Assembly: GCF_006345805.1 (NCBI RefSeq)
Contig: NC_043015.1
Location: forward strand, 31,930,001-31,994,000
Reading direction: 5' to 3'
Origin: Octopus sinensis
Taxonomy: Eukaryota
Length of the DNA: 64,000 nucleotides
In this document: one piece after another, positions 25,625 through 40,600 of the stretch
Layout of the letters: every line of letters begins with the position of its first letter
How positions within the stretch are numbered: position 1 is the first letter of the stretch
Made by a program: the position numbers and the translations under genes
Notes under the pieces: model-generated
Told to the model about the DNA's origin: nothing
Seen by the model: only the letters and a program-made list of their open reading frames with translations
Database searches by the model: none

Positions 25625-28600
25625 TTGGGGAAACTATTATACTGATTCAGTCTCATCTATTATTATTATTGCATACAAATTACATGTGTTAAAAGGGAAA
25701 GAAACACAGGCTAAAACAAACGTTGTGTCTTGTAATATATTTCATGTTGCTTAAATCTGCTGTTTAGAACATTAATATTTAATTATCAATGTACTAAACA
25801 ACAGGTTAAGATAGCATTATTTCTGCAAACTGGCCATACCAGTTTGGTGTCGTCATCTGATTAAGTGGCCTATAAACATTAGCCATATATCTGTAAACAG
25901 AGAAGCTGGAGTACTTGGTTTATGAGGGCAGTCCCAGCCAGGACAGAAACCAGGTCAAGTAAGTCCATTTTGTTCTTGTTCACAGAAAGATTAATCAGAC
26001 ATTTGCTTTTGTGTCTTAGTATGGTCATTATATCATAAATATATAAAACCACAGTAATGGTAGCTAGGACTTAAACACATCTTCAGATACATGTCAAATT
26101 ATTAATCATGGCACAATTGGTAGAGCAACGGATTAAATGCATTGTGATATTTAGTTTAAGGCTCTTTACATTCTGTGTTCACAGTCTGTTGTCTTTTATC
26201 TTTTTCATTCATCGGACTGCAGCCATACTGGAGCACTGCCTCAAAGAGTTTAGTCGGACAAATTGACCATAGTACTTTTTTTTAAAAGTCTGGTGCTTAT
26301 TTTATTGGTCTCTTTTGCTGAGCTGCCAAGTTATGGGTATGTAAAAACCCTAACACCTCTTATCAAGCAGTAGGACAAATGCAAAGACACCCACACATGC
26401 GCCATCATCATCATCATCGTTATTTAATGTCTGCTTTCCATGCCAGCATGGGATGGACAGTTTGACTGGAACTGGCAAGCTGGAGCACTGCACCAGCCTC
26501 CAATCGTCTGTTTTGGCTTGATATATATGGCTGGATGCCCTTCCGTAACATCAATCACCTTACAGTGTGTACTTGGCACTTTTTACCTGGTGCTGGTATG
26601 CATGCTCTTTGTGTGGTGCTTGTCACAGTTGCTGGTACAGGTTCTTACTAATTTGCCCCACTAGCATATGTAGTGCTGGCACAGGTACTTTGTACATGGT
26701 GCCGACATGGGTACTTTTTACACATGTCTATACATACATACATACACAATGGGATTCCTCACAGTTTTTGTCTACCAAATTCACTTGCAAGCCATTGGTC
26801 AATCTGATGTTATATCAGAAGACATTTGACCAAGGTGGCTGAGCCTGAAAGCACACAATGGCATTTCCTTTTTAAATTAAATTTTCTTAAACTTTATCAA
26901 AATACCTCTTCTTGCAGAAACCTGGAGATTTTTTTTTCACAGGACCTTAGAATTCTTTGGAAGCCATTTTGAGAAATTCTACAGTCGACTCCTGTCTTCT
27001 GGGCAATTTGTGATCAAGAATTAGTCACCACTGTTCATCTAGTGTATTGTTAATGTCGGTGTGGCTGTTAACTTTGTTCACTCTTGTAACAAATGTTGAT
27101 CATTTCTTTTTCTGTATCTTTCAGGCATTTTGATACTCCGACTAACTGTAATGAATTTGATATTGTGGAGAAAATTAAAAGACACTGTAAGTATTAATTA
27201 TTAAAACTCTGCTGTAAGTGGCTTAGATATAGAGTGTGTCTCTGTATATCTATATATATGTGTGTGTATATATATATATCTGATAAAATAGATGCAGAAA
27301 ACTCATTTCTGTGTGTCAGTGTGTCACAGTTAGACCCCCTCTCACTATTCAGTGCCACTCCTACTATTCCTCACGATAGGGGTGAGAGTAATAGTAGGCA
27401 TAGAGATGGTGTGGGTGGTGGTGAACAGAGAGAGAGAGAAAGAAAAAATGGGAGAGAAAGAGAGCCAAAGAAATTTAGGGAGAGTTGATGTTTTATTATG
27501 CTTGAAGAATTTTGTTATTAATCTGGAATCCAACAGTGTAGATAGCCTAAAGCTTGGGTTGAGTGCTGCATTGGAAATATCCTATCTTTCTACCTTCCCA
27601 GGACTGTGTGTGTGTGTGCAAAAGTGGTTGGCATTAGGAGCAACATGTAGCCATGTAGAAACCATTGCTAAAACTGACATTGGCGCTCAACACAGTTGTC
27701 TGGCCTGTTGTCGAATTGTCAATTATATTGTGTCCAACTGATTAAAATTCTATTTATTTAATTATGCAGCTGAGGATAGCCCTGCATTTAAATTGATGTA
27801 ATGCTTGCATTGTTCAATTAAATGGAGCTGCTTGAAACGGTCATACTGCATCACTTCTTGATATCCTGTTGCTTATTTTGATTTTATTCACCTTACTTTG
27901 AGTTGTACAGATAATACTGCATTAATTTGGTGCATCAACTTACGTACCTAATTCAACGGAATCTCAATTATTTCTTTATATATGAGAGAGAGAGTGTGTG
28001 TTAAACAGTATTTAATTATATTTTCTATGGAAAATTCAAACCCCTTTTATATGTGTATATGCATAAACTAAGAAATGAGACTTTCACTGACTAATCTTTC
28101 TTTTTTAGTATTAATATACTATTGTGGACGCTACCAAAAACTTTTTTTAGCCATAATTTATATATATGTGTGTATATGAAATGTATTTCTTCATTTATTA
28201 ATCGTTTTCAATAGATTATTCTTTAATTGTCAAAAAAAAAAAAAAAATTTCTATTTGATATACAAGTATGGTCCCTGAAGGCTTATATCTTACTTGCAGT
28301 TTGTTTGTTGTGTGAGACCTTACTTACTTGAAAGATCCCTTCTAGGGATTTCTGAAATTTTAATGCTGTATTGGTTTTTGTATTTCAGTTATTAGCATCT
28401 GGAAATCCAAGGTAACATCTTGTTTTGAGCTGGAATATTTTTATGTTGTGGTCCTCATCGTTTTTTTGTTTTTTTTCTCTTTGTATTTTCTCTCCTGCAA
28501 TCTTTTTTTTTTTTCCTGTAGAAACCTTCGAACCAAGTTCTAATAAATTATCCACAGCAAAGTCCCTTCCTGCCAACACTGAGTCAACAGCAGCACACCA

Positions 28601-31600
28601 GACCTCAATTTATATATTTTGCCTATTTTTAAGTACTGTACACCTTTGTCTGCCTGGCCAGCACTTCATTGGGATGGTCTACTCTGGACCTCCTTCAGTG
28701 TTTGCTTGCCCACTTCTGTTGGTTGAGAATTTGGTCTAGTTGGGGGTATCAACTCTTAACAGCTGTATGAGCAAGGGAGATAATTATGTTATCATGGACA
28801 GTTAAATTAGGTCAGTGGACCATCATAGCCATTCGATGTTTAAAAATTTTATTATATTTAAATTTTATTTGGTAATGTATGAAAAAATTAAATTTTGTGT
28901 ATTGTAGAAGTATAACCAATTCTTTTACTGGTTTCAGTCATTGAACTCTGGCCATGCTGGGGTTGCTTTGAAGTAGAGAGCAGTGCCTATATGTGTTAGA
29001 TAAATAAAATTATCTCTTCCGTCCATATCAAGGGGACTGCTAACCGTCTGTCTCTTTCTTTTTTTTGGCAACACAAATTTATTGCACATGAATTTTATAC
29101 AAAATCTTATTTGGACCCTGGCTGAGAATCACTAGTTTAGATAAATATCATAGGCTGATTTGAAAAGTTTTGTGACCAAATTAGGGAAAGTGTCTCTAGA
29201 AGACCAACCTAAAACAATGCATTGAGCTTTGCTGATTATATAACATAGGAGGGCTGAGGAAAGACCTGATGTGATAAGGCATTTCAGACCTACCAAACTG
29301 TTGCTAGTAATTGATGTTAAGATAAACTAATTTTGATAAGAAAGCTTGGTAGTCATGAACTAGTTAAAAAAAAAGTACTTTTTGATGGATCTCTTCTATC
29401 CATTTCAGTATGGGAAGATAGTAATTAAAAAAAAGAAACTGGTAATTAAAACACTGATAGTGATGAAGATAATCATCATCATCATCATCATCATCGTTTA
29501 ACGTCCGCTTTCCATGCTAGCATGGGTTGGATGGTTCAACTGGGGTCTGGCAAGCCCGAAGGCTGCACCAGGCCAGTCAGATCTGGCAGTGTTTCTACAG
29601 CTGGATGCCCTTCCTAACGCCAACCACTCCGAGAGTGTAGTGGGTGATTTTATGTGCCACCGACACAGGTGCCAGACGAGGCTGGCAGACGGCCACGCTC
29701 GGATGGTGTTTTTTATGTGCCACCGACACAGGTGCCAGACGAGGCTGGCTGACGGCCACGCTCGGATGGTGTTTTCTTATGTGTCACCGACACAGGTGCC
29801 AGACGGGGCTGGCGGAATGTGATTAAAGCAAGAGTAAGTCAGCTACAAGTTTTAGAATTCAGTCTTAATTTGATGAAGTTGGGGTTAAGTCTAACTAAGA
29901 TGAAGAAAAACGGTGGAACAAGATTACTTGAGATACATCATAAAAGAATGTGTTGAAATATTGGTTTCAAATTTTGGCACAAGGCCAGCATGTTTGGGGT
30001 AGGGGTGTGAGTTGATTACATTGACCCCAGTGTTCAACTGGTACTTATTTTATTGACCCCAGAAAAGATAAAAGCAAAGTTGACCGTGGCAGAATTTGAA
30101 CTCAGAACGTAAAGACAGATGAAATGCTGCTAAACATTTTAGCCTTGTATGCTAATGATTCTGCTACCTTGCTGCCTTAAAGGGTTGAAATATTGAAGGG
30201 TTGGTGTTGTTGTTGTTGTTGAAGTATTATCCTTTTTCTCAGTCGTCAGTGCTTAAGTGTTGTGCATTTTCTGATTGCAGTGGCTAGAAATGGAAAAGAG
30301 AAAGAAGCTGCTTCCTTTGCCAGTTCTTACAGAGTATTCCAGAACAATGTAAGTCAACATGACCATTACACTCTTACTGTTGTGAAGTTTTTTGGCGAGG
30401 TGGACAATTAATGATTTTATGACCTCTTATGTTGATTTGTACAGTGGTTGGGGTACACTTCATTAAACTGATCTCCTTGTATTTAACCTGTTCTTGATTT
30501 TATCAATGTTGAAATTTTGAAAGACTCCTCCCCCCCCCTATATTCCTGGCCCTATGTCTTTGGTAGAAATAATTATTGCTTAACCCTTTAGCATTCAGAT
30601 TGTCGAATGTAATGGTATTTATTGACATTGTTTTGAAGTATTCACATATTATTTTGTTGCTTAGAGATTTAAATGACTGCTTATTTTTAGAATGACATTG
30701 TAGGGTAGGTGTGAGAAACCAGATCTGACTAATTTGATCATAAAGCAGGTAGAATATTTGAGATGGATATGGCCGGTTTAAATGCTAAAGAGTTAGTGGT
30801 AGTCATTAAATAAAATGCCTTGTGGTATTTCACAATGGACCATTACAATCTGAGTTCAAATCCCATTGCGGCCGACTTGACCGATACTTTATTTTATTGA
30901 CTTGAGAAGGACAAATGGCAATGGACTGGAATCATTATAGTTGACTATTTTTTTTGTCCCAGAACTTTCGGGCTTCTCCCTATGTGAAAAAAAAAATAAT
31001 CACAATTTCTTTTTCTTTGTTTTGTTTCAGAATACTGTCAAACAAAAGGGATCTGTCCTTGTATTTCTGTACCGTCTGAAAGAAAGTAACTTGCTGAACA
31101 ACCAGCCGGTAATTAATTCTCATATTCTCCTTCATTAATTAATAATTTTTAAGATAATGAACAGCAGTACCCAGTCTTGCTCAGGTTTATTAATCATAAT
31201 CACATTAGTTCATTATATTTGGGACTAGCAGAGGCACCCGGTGTTGCCTAGGAATGAAATTGTTCCTTATATATTGGAAGAAAAAAGCAAAATATGCTGT
31301 ATAGAAATTTGTTATTCTAAATTCAATTTATTCTTCAATTGGGAAATCAATTCTGAATTCATAATACAAAAATAATAATAATAATAAATTTGATCATATG
31401 TACAACGTTTAGGTTCATGTTCATTCACAAATGCAACCAAGTCTGTGATATCATAATTTGTCTGTCTTGCTTTGTCTCTTGAAGTTAAATCACTTGGTTT
31501 GTTTTTGGCAGTCCAGAGCCAGACTCTTGCAAATTTTTGTCTCCCATGGCCAAAACTTGATCCTCAATTTCAGTCAGTGCTTGGTTAAAAATTGTTTCAG

Positions 31601-34600
31601 AGAACTGAATATTGATATCTGGGTTTGCTTGTTGAACTGCATACTTTAAGTCCTAAGCCATGCCCTCATAATGTTTCATCCAAAACTGTTGGAGACGGCC
31701 AAGTTGGCACAAGTTCTGTATAATTGCAAAAAAGTTACCGAGTTTCCTTGGAGAATCTGTTACTGATGCTTCAGTCAATGCAAGGTCCTAATGTTCATTT
31801 TCTAAAAAAAAAACCCTTCTTAATAGCATGATTCCCTATAAGTTTCACGCACATGACCATCTACCCTCCTTGAATCTTGGAATGATTCGGAACCACGTAC
31901 TTCATGCAAAAGGAGGCGTAAGTAGTAGCATTCTGCTTGGCTTGGAGGGGACACTGTAAACTCTTGCAAGAGCATCAGCCCCACATTTCCTCTTGTGCCA
32001 TTTATTGTTTTCTCCAGGTGTAATACTTGGGCAATTGTGGGTAAAGGAGTTTTCTTGCATCTTTATCTACTTGACACACCTTAAAAAGGGCAGTAAGGGT
32101 AGTTTCTTTTGAAGAAAGTGCTTGTTGCAAGGTTGTTTGTTTTGTAAAGACAACCCTGTGGCCATTCTCTAGATCAGTGGTTTTCAACCAGGGTTCCGCG
32201 GAACCTTAGTGTTCCGCCAGTACAGTCCAGGGGTTCCGCAAGAAGTTACAAAAATGCTAAAATCGGCAGTAATTTTTAATTCTCCTGTGCAGATATGTGT
32301 GCATAAGACTATTAAATTATTGCACAGGGGTTCCTCGAGCCAGTGAAATGTTTCCTTGGGGTTCGGCTTCAGAAAAAAGTTTGAAAAGCACTGCTCTCGA
32401 TGGACACTCAGATGAATGATGGCTGGGTGCCCCTCATCAATGGGAAAATTGAAGATGTGCCAAAAAGCCTCATTGGTACCAATGTATCTTCTTCTCTCAC
32501 ACTGTGCATCTTCGTCATTTTTATTTATCAGCTGACTGCCATTCTGCATAAGAGTGTATGTTGCAGCATCTGAACCATTCTGACCCTTTGAATATTAGAG
32601 GTATGAATCATTTTTGCCAGCTGAGTGGACTGGAGTGAAGTGAAATAAAGTGTCTTGCTTAAGGATACAATGCACTGCTAGGAATGGAACATCTGACCTT
32701 ATGATCATGAGCCAAATATCCTAACGACTAAGTCACATACCTTCACAGTCTCTCTAAGTCTAATTAATTTTTGTATGAACAATTTACCTGCAAGTCTGAA
32801 CATGTATGCTCCATACCACTGAGTGTATAGTCACTGTTTTCACCTGCTTCTCTTTCTCACATCACTTCTATGTTTTGTTTGCTTTGAATGTCATGGTTTC
32901 TTATTCTGTGTGAAACAGACTGAATGACGTGTGAAGGAGAAGGAGAATGATGCTGTACAGTGGTGAGGTGTTGGCACTGGAAGTGGAATAAGGAAAGTTT
33001 TTCAGAATTAGAAGAGAAAAAATTGAGTATGATATGTTGCATATTTATCATTTAAGAACAGAAGTGAGACGAAGCAGTGGTTGAACATGAGACGCTAGCA
33101 CGATTGCCAGGTAAAAAGCACAAAAATACAGCATTTAACTGAAAATGGCAAGTACTGCTGGCAGAGGCTAAGGAATAACATCTATTTGTTCCCTTCTCAA
33201 GAATGTAGAAGTTAATTTGAAGGATTAATTTGGTTGCTTGTTCTGACAGGTTAAGAGACCACAAAGGGGATCTTCTACTGACGTAGGTGTGTAGTGTGGT
33301 CTTTAACAGCAGGAAGGCATTGAATATCTGGGAGGCTGGATATGTGATCATTTACCTACCTATGTGCTGTTGGTCTGTTTGAGTAGGACAACCAAGGGGC
33401 TACGCAGCAACAACTGAGGAAGAAATGGAAAAGGGTGAATTCAGATCTGAAGTTGATGGTCTCTACAGATGAAATAACCTGTGATTAAGGAGGCTTCAGC
33501 ACATGGTGAAAAGGAAATACTTGTGAAATTATTAATGAACACCAAAGGAGGAGGAGAGTCTGTGCGTCAAAGATTGTGATGTTGAGATATCTGTATGAGA
33601 AGAGATGAATTAATCAGGAGGAGATTCTTAATCACTGATTTAGTTAAGTTAGTACTTGGGAGTAGGATTTAAGAAGGGTACAGTATGTATTTCTTTACTA
33701 CCCACAAGGGGCTAAACACAGAGGAGACAAACGGATTAAGTCGATTATATCAACCCCAGTACGTAACAGGTACTTAATATATCGACCCCAAAAGGATGAA
33801 AGGCAAAGTCGACCTCGGCGGAATTTGAACTCAGAACGTAACGGCAGATGAAATACGGCTAAGCATTTCGCCCGGCGTGTTAACGTTTCTGCCAGCTCGC
33901 CGCCTTAGTACAGGGTACAGTATGGAATTTTAGCAGCAGCTAGACAATGCTGTTGCAGAAAATGTTAATGCATCCCAGCAGGTTTAGATGGATTTCATGG
34001 ATTTATAGAACTAGTAATTATAGTAGAAATAATTTTTAAAAAGGATCTGCTTAAATGTTCTTGTGGTTGTGTGAGGGTTGCACTCTGCTGTGTGTGTTCT
34101 TGTGGTTGTAAGGTTAAGAGTTGTTCACATGTGTGTTTATGGTTGTGCTATCCTGGATATGCGAAGTCTTCCATACAAAATGAATTAATGATTTTCTTTT
34201 TAATGATTTTTCTCCGCAGTCAACTGGACAGCTGTTTGGTCAGAGCCTGACTAGTTTTTACACCTCTACACCTATCATGAATGATGCGACCCACATTTCA
34301 CATGCTATTGGGGATGTGTCCTCTACGCATTCATCATTTCCCAAATCTGCATCAGCTAGCAGTGGTTTTAGCAGTCTTCCATCACCAGATACACAGTTTC
34401 CTCCAAGGTAAGCACATCCATTTTCAGCTAGAACCTGCACCTTTGTTAGTCTGATAGTCATCGTATTCTGAATATCATCATCGTTTAACATCTGCTTTCC
34501 ATGCTGGTATGGGTTGGACAGTTTGACTGAGGACTGGTGAACCAGATGGCTGCACCAGGCTTCAATCTTGATCTGGCAAAGTTTCTACAGCTGGATGCCC

Positions 34601-37600
34601 TTCCTAATTCCAACCACTCCGAGAGTGTAGTGGGTGCTTTTTACGTGCCACCGGCACAAGGGCCAGTCAGGCGGTTCTGGCAACGACCATGCTCAAAAGG
34701 TGTTTTTATGTGCTACCTGCATGGGAGCCAGTCCGGCAGCACTGACAACGACCATGCTTGAATGTAGTTTTTCATGTGCCGGTAAGGCGATGCTGGCAAC
34801 GATTGGTGCTTTTCATGTGTCACTGGCACGGGAGTCAATCCGTGGCCCTGGCAATGATCACGCTCAGATGTGCTCTTAACGTTTCACTGGCATGAGTACC
34901 AATCAGGTAGCACTCTATCATCATATATGTGGAAAGGGGTCAAATTTATTCAAATTTCAAAAATGATAAACAAAAGTTATAGAGGAAGAATAGCTACAAA
35001 AAGGAAAAAAAAAAAACTCTGATAAAAATACTTTGGTGTTAATTTGTTAATTCCAATAACATTGGAAAGAATTTAAATAAATGGGTAGGTGGGGGGGGGG
35101 CAGCCAAGCAAATTTATCTGACAGCCCAGTACATTGTATTATGTTAAATCACTACTTTAGTAAATTGGTAAATACATGGTTGTGATTCCATTTATTAAAG
35201 ATTGGTAAATGGCCATGACCCATCTGTAGTTAAAAGTAAGAGTTTCCCAACGGCTCTACAGAACCAACAGAAACCAGGTAAGTGTCTCTATTTCTGCTCT
35301 GAGAATATTCTAAGGCTTTAATGCCAGTCTTTCTCTCTCTCCCCTACTTATGTTGTTGTTGTTGTTTACATTTATAAGCCATCATAGTTTGAATGGATTC
35401 ATAAATGGATTCTGCTATTTTGGTGTATTGTTGCTGCAGTATGGTCACAATGCAGTGGCTTTTTTTTTATGGCTTCACTAGATGAGGAATGGTAAGGCTT
35501 CCAATACTGTGAAAAGAAAAGGCGGAAGATGCTTTAACTTGTGAGTCAGATTTTGTCTAACTGCAGATGACAGTAAAACTCTTGCTAAAGCAACCACCTA
35601 AGGACCATCACCCAAGAAAAGCTAATCCATCAGTCTAGCTTACTTTACTTCATTAGCAGTACTGCCCCCTCCCTCCACTTTTACAAGTAATGAAAGCAGG
35701 GTTGGCGAAAGCAATGTGGTGGACAACGAAAAACCTGGCTGATGACAGTCAAGGCTGATCTGGAACCCAACCTAGGCCCCCATATCTACGGTATTCGCCG
35801 CTGGAATAAGGAGTGGTTGGAGATCATGCGGCCATTAGCCTCAAATTGCCAGGCCTGGTCAGCGTTTGTGAGAGATGCAACATTGAGGATGAATTAAGCC
35901 AACTCAACCCACCCCGGGTGGATACTGTTTCAAGTCAAGTCAATGAAACACTAGCTGTAGCAAGCTTGAAGTGGGAAAGGGCATTCCATTTTATAAAGAC
36001 AAAAAGGAATTGCTGTAACACTCAACTATTGAAATGGGAACAAACCTGTGGATGCCGGAGAATAACTTAATCTCCATAGTGATTGAGATTACAATACTCT
36101 TGCTAAATGGGACATTGGTCTATCACAGGGTTAACTTCACAACCATTGCTGTACCTTGTTTATTGCTGAGCAGACTTGAACAGAATGAAATGAAGCATTT
36201 TGCTCAAGAATACAATGTACCATTTGATTTGGGAATAAAGACCTTGCTCTTAGAATTATGAGTGCAATACCCTAATCACTAGGCTGCATGCCTTCACCCC
36301 TTCCTCTGAAGGATTATGGGACTGCCATCTCCACTATTAAAAAATAATTTGTTCTGTTGATAAAAGGACATTGTCATTCTTGGGAGTACTTTTAGATCAG
36401 AGAGATGGAAGGGGTGGCTAAGATTTGACCATTTTTGGAAGCAGTTTTATATTTTTCAAGTATTAGAACATAGTGATGAGGGGAAACAAGTTTAACTGGA
36501 AAGGAAAGTAGATGTCTTCAAAGCCTGTCTTTTAGTTCTTAATCATGACTTTAACCCTTTCGCATTCGGATTTCTCCATCAAATGTAATGCTTATTTATT
36601 CACATTGATATGAATTTGTCGTGCATTACTTTGTAGCTTTGAGATTTCAATGACAGGATTGTTTATCTCTATATATATAAACGGCAAAATGTCTGTCTGT
36701 GTGCGTGTCCTTTATACAAATCCACAATTTTTCAGTTTGCACTTTAAAATCCGTCCAAGGGTGGTCGTGCACATCTTTACATTTCACCAGTCACCCCGCA
36801 AAGCCATTAAATATATATATAATGGCAAAATGTCTATCTCTGTGTGTGTGTGTGGCCTTTATACAAATCCACAATTTTCCAGTTAGAGGGCTCGCACTTT
36901 CTATGGTCATTCAAAACCGTCCAAGGGTGGTCGTACACATCTTTACATTTCCCCAGTTACCCAGCAAAGCCATTAAAAAATCAATAGAAGTGACTTTTTT
37001 GTGAATTTTCTATCCAAAACCCAATCAAAACGCCCGAAACTTGATATGCCAATTGAATGCCAGCTAGCTCTATGTGATTGGTCAGAGATTTGGACGAAGC
37101 TGTATATGCAGGCACTGGCACTATGACCTAGTGCTAGTTTTTAGAATAATATTGTAAAGTGCGAGAGGCTGGATCTTGCCAGTTTGAAAATAAAACAGGT
37201 AGATTATTTTGGCCAGATATGGCCAGTTTAAATACTAAAGGATTAAGAGAAACACAGCATGGGCTGATGGAAAAAAAAACCAAAAATAGAATAAGAGGTC
37301 AAGTATAATTAGTAATGTTAGATTAAATTTGAGATGTTGTTGTTTGTATTATTAATGTTGTTTATTTAGTTGAAGCAGGAGTTATTTTTGTTTGTTATAG
37401 CGTCTGATTCACCTCGATATAATGTCTGTTCACGGTCTAAAAGCGCAGCCAATATCACACCGGATGCACGAATACCTGTCAACAAAACTGACGACAGTAA
37501 GGATTGTGTTAACTTTATATGCATTAGCTTTGTTATCTACACACTGTATATTATGTATATGTATGCATGTATGTATGTATCTATCTATATGTGTGTGTGT

Positions 37601-40600
37601 GTATATGTGTGTATGTATGTATGAGTGTGTGTGTATATATATGTGTGTATGAATATGTATTTACGTGTTTATGTATGTATGTATATATATACATGTATAT
37701 ACATGTTTGTATGTATATGTATGTATATACGTTTGTATATACATGTCCCTATTTACCTCTGATCATTAAGACCGATGAAATGCCACTCAGCATTTTGCCC
37801 GGCATGCTAATGATTCTGCTTGCTCTCCACCTTCAGTAATAATTATTATTATTAATAATAATAATAATGATGATGATGATGATACTAGAGGCCTTGGTTT
37901 CCTTTCTTTCATGTTTGTCATCTTTTTCAGTGCCTTATGAGATATCTGAATCTGAGCTCTTGAAAGATCTGGTCTATGTGTTCCAAGGTATTGAAGGGAA
38001 ATGGATCAAGTTTGATCCATCTTCTAGTGCTTACAGGATCAATCCTGATGTAAGTCACCATTTTTTACAGAGTTTCCTTAATTGTATATTCTACGTTGTT
38101 ACAGAGTCTCCCTAATTGCATAACCACAGTGATTGTCATTCTTCTTAATTAAAATTCTTAGGCAGTTAACCAAATTTGCATAAGAGGTGATAAATTATGA
38201 AATTTCAGTATGTTGTCAGTATTAGAAATATTTCAGCTGTATAATATACATAATAGGTGCTGACATGGCTGTGTGGTTAACAAGCTGATTTTTAACCATG
38301 TGGTTTCAGGTTCGATCCCACTGTGCAGTACTTTGGGTGTCTTTTACTACAGCCCCAGGCCAACCTACATCTCATGAATGAATTTGGTAGTAGTTTGCTA
38401 CACTCACAAAGTGGTTGGCGTTAGGAAGGGCATCCAGCTGTAGAAACACTGACAGATCAGACTGGAGCCTGGTGCAGCCTTCTGGCTTCCTAGACCCCGG
38501 TCAAACCGTCCAACCCATGCTAGCATGGAAAGCGGACGTTAAACGACGATGATAATTATATTGCATGAAACTATGTGTATGTGTGTCTTTGTGTCTGTCC
38601 TCTCCACTGCTTGACAAATGCTGCTGGTTTGTTTATCTCCCCATAACTTAGCAGTTCAGCAAAAGAGACTGAAAGAATAACTACCAGGCTTAAAAGTACT
38701 GGGGTTGATGTAGCCATAGTCTAAGGGCTGAAAGGAGTAAAAGAAATAAAGCAAAAGAAATAAAGCAAGAATAAACGGGGGGTTTTTTTGTTGTTGTTTT
38801 TTTAGTTTTAGCATAATATTGAATATACGTTATTATGTTCCACTGAGTCGATTCTTTTTAAAAGTTGAAATATGTCATTATGACAACATGTGGATTTATC
38901 CCCTGTGAGGTTTTTCAATTCCTTTTGATAATCGTCTATTAGCCAAGCTTAGCCAGGTTCATGCATCACAACAGGGACTTTTATACAGTTTGAATTACTC
39001 AGTGAAAACAGTTTAGGATTTTGTTTGAAGATTAAAAGTTTAATTGAATCAATCACACGTGCATGCACACTCACACATATACATATATGTACATACTCAA
39101 GCACACATATATATATGAGACAAGCTTCTGTACAGTTTTCCTTTTCCAGTTCCACTCATAAGGTTTTGGTCATCTCAAGGCTACACTAAAACACACTTGT
39201 CCAAAAATGTCACAAAGTGAGACAGAACTCAACACATGGCACATATGAAATATTTGTGTTTCTCTCCTTTAAATCTCCTTTCTTACACCATCACCACTAT
39301 CATTGTTTCCCATGTGTTACTATTCAAAATTTATTGCTCCTTGAACTTCCGTAAACCAACCAGAGCCGTGTGTAGATTTGTTTCTCTGTTTTCTTCTTGG
39401 CAGATCGGAATAGGGAGAGCAGTGTGCCATCGGGTCAGTAAGTTGGCAGAGTGTGGCTGGCTTCACAACAAGATCAAAGAATACGTGGAGTGTCACAGTC
39501 AACTAAAAGCTGTTGGTCTTGTCGAACAAGTAAGAGAATTCTCTCTTTTAACCCAGTTTTTCAACTCTGTTTTTTATTTTTATTTCTTGGGGTCAGTCCT
39601 TTGCTCCATTACCTGTACTTTTTTTCTGTCACTAGTTTTAGTTATTGGGTTGTGACCATGCTGGGGCACTGCCTTTGAGCATACCAACCCTAATACTTTA
39701 TTGAAGTGTATTTGTGCGGCTAATTTATTTTTGGGACATAACACTGTTTGGCACACCTTTATATATATATATAAATTAAATTAGAGATAAAACCACTATT
39801 AGGAAAATCAAACAGTGAAAAACATAAACCAAAACATAGAAATAAAATTAATTAATATAATATACCAAATATATAAAATATAAAATTTAAATTATTTAAA
39901 TTTAAAGTTAAAAATTTTAAATTATTAATTTACATATATATTTATTTTTATTTTTTATTTATTTATTTATTTTATTATTTTTTATATATATATAATACAA
40001 ATAAGAAAATGGAGAAACAATTTAGTTTGTTCCTCAACTTTCGGATATTAAGGTTGTCAGAGTAAAAGAGAAGAAATACATTTTGATCATAATTCTGTTC
40101 GATCAGGACTGACTTGGAACAAACAATACCCCACCACCTAATGATGTCCTTCGACTCTTAATTACTAGTAGAAAATTATCTATTGAAATGGCAGTCAACA
40201 ATATGGGTACCTAATCTACCCCTAACAACCACTGGGTTTAATTTATTATTCTTTTTTCAAATGTTTTAAACTTTAAAATAGGATTCTCTTTTCCTGTTTC
40301 TTGCTAAAACTGTTGACTTGTTTTTGTCATTTGTTGTAGAGTTTCTGTGCTGCTCTCCACCAAGAACTGACCGAATACTACAGACTCATGGCTGTCTTGG
40401 AGAGTCAGGTAACTTGTCTTTTTTTTGTTTAACCCTTTACCATTCAGAGATTTCTCTGTCAAATGCAATGCTTATTTATTCACATCAATTTGAATTAATC
40501 CTGCATTTTATCGTAGTTTTGAGATTTCAACAATGTAACTATATTTTGAGAATGACATTGTAGGATGGGTGTAAGAGACCAGATCTTGACAATTTGAACA

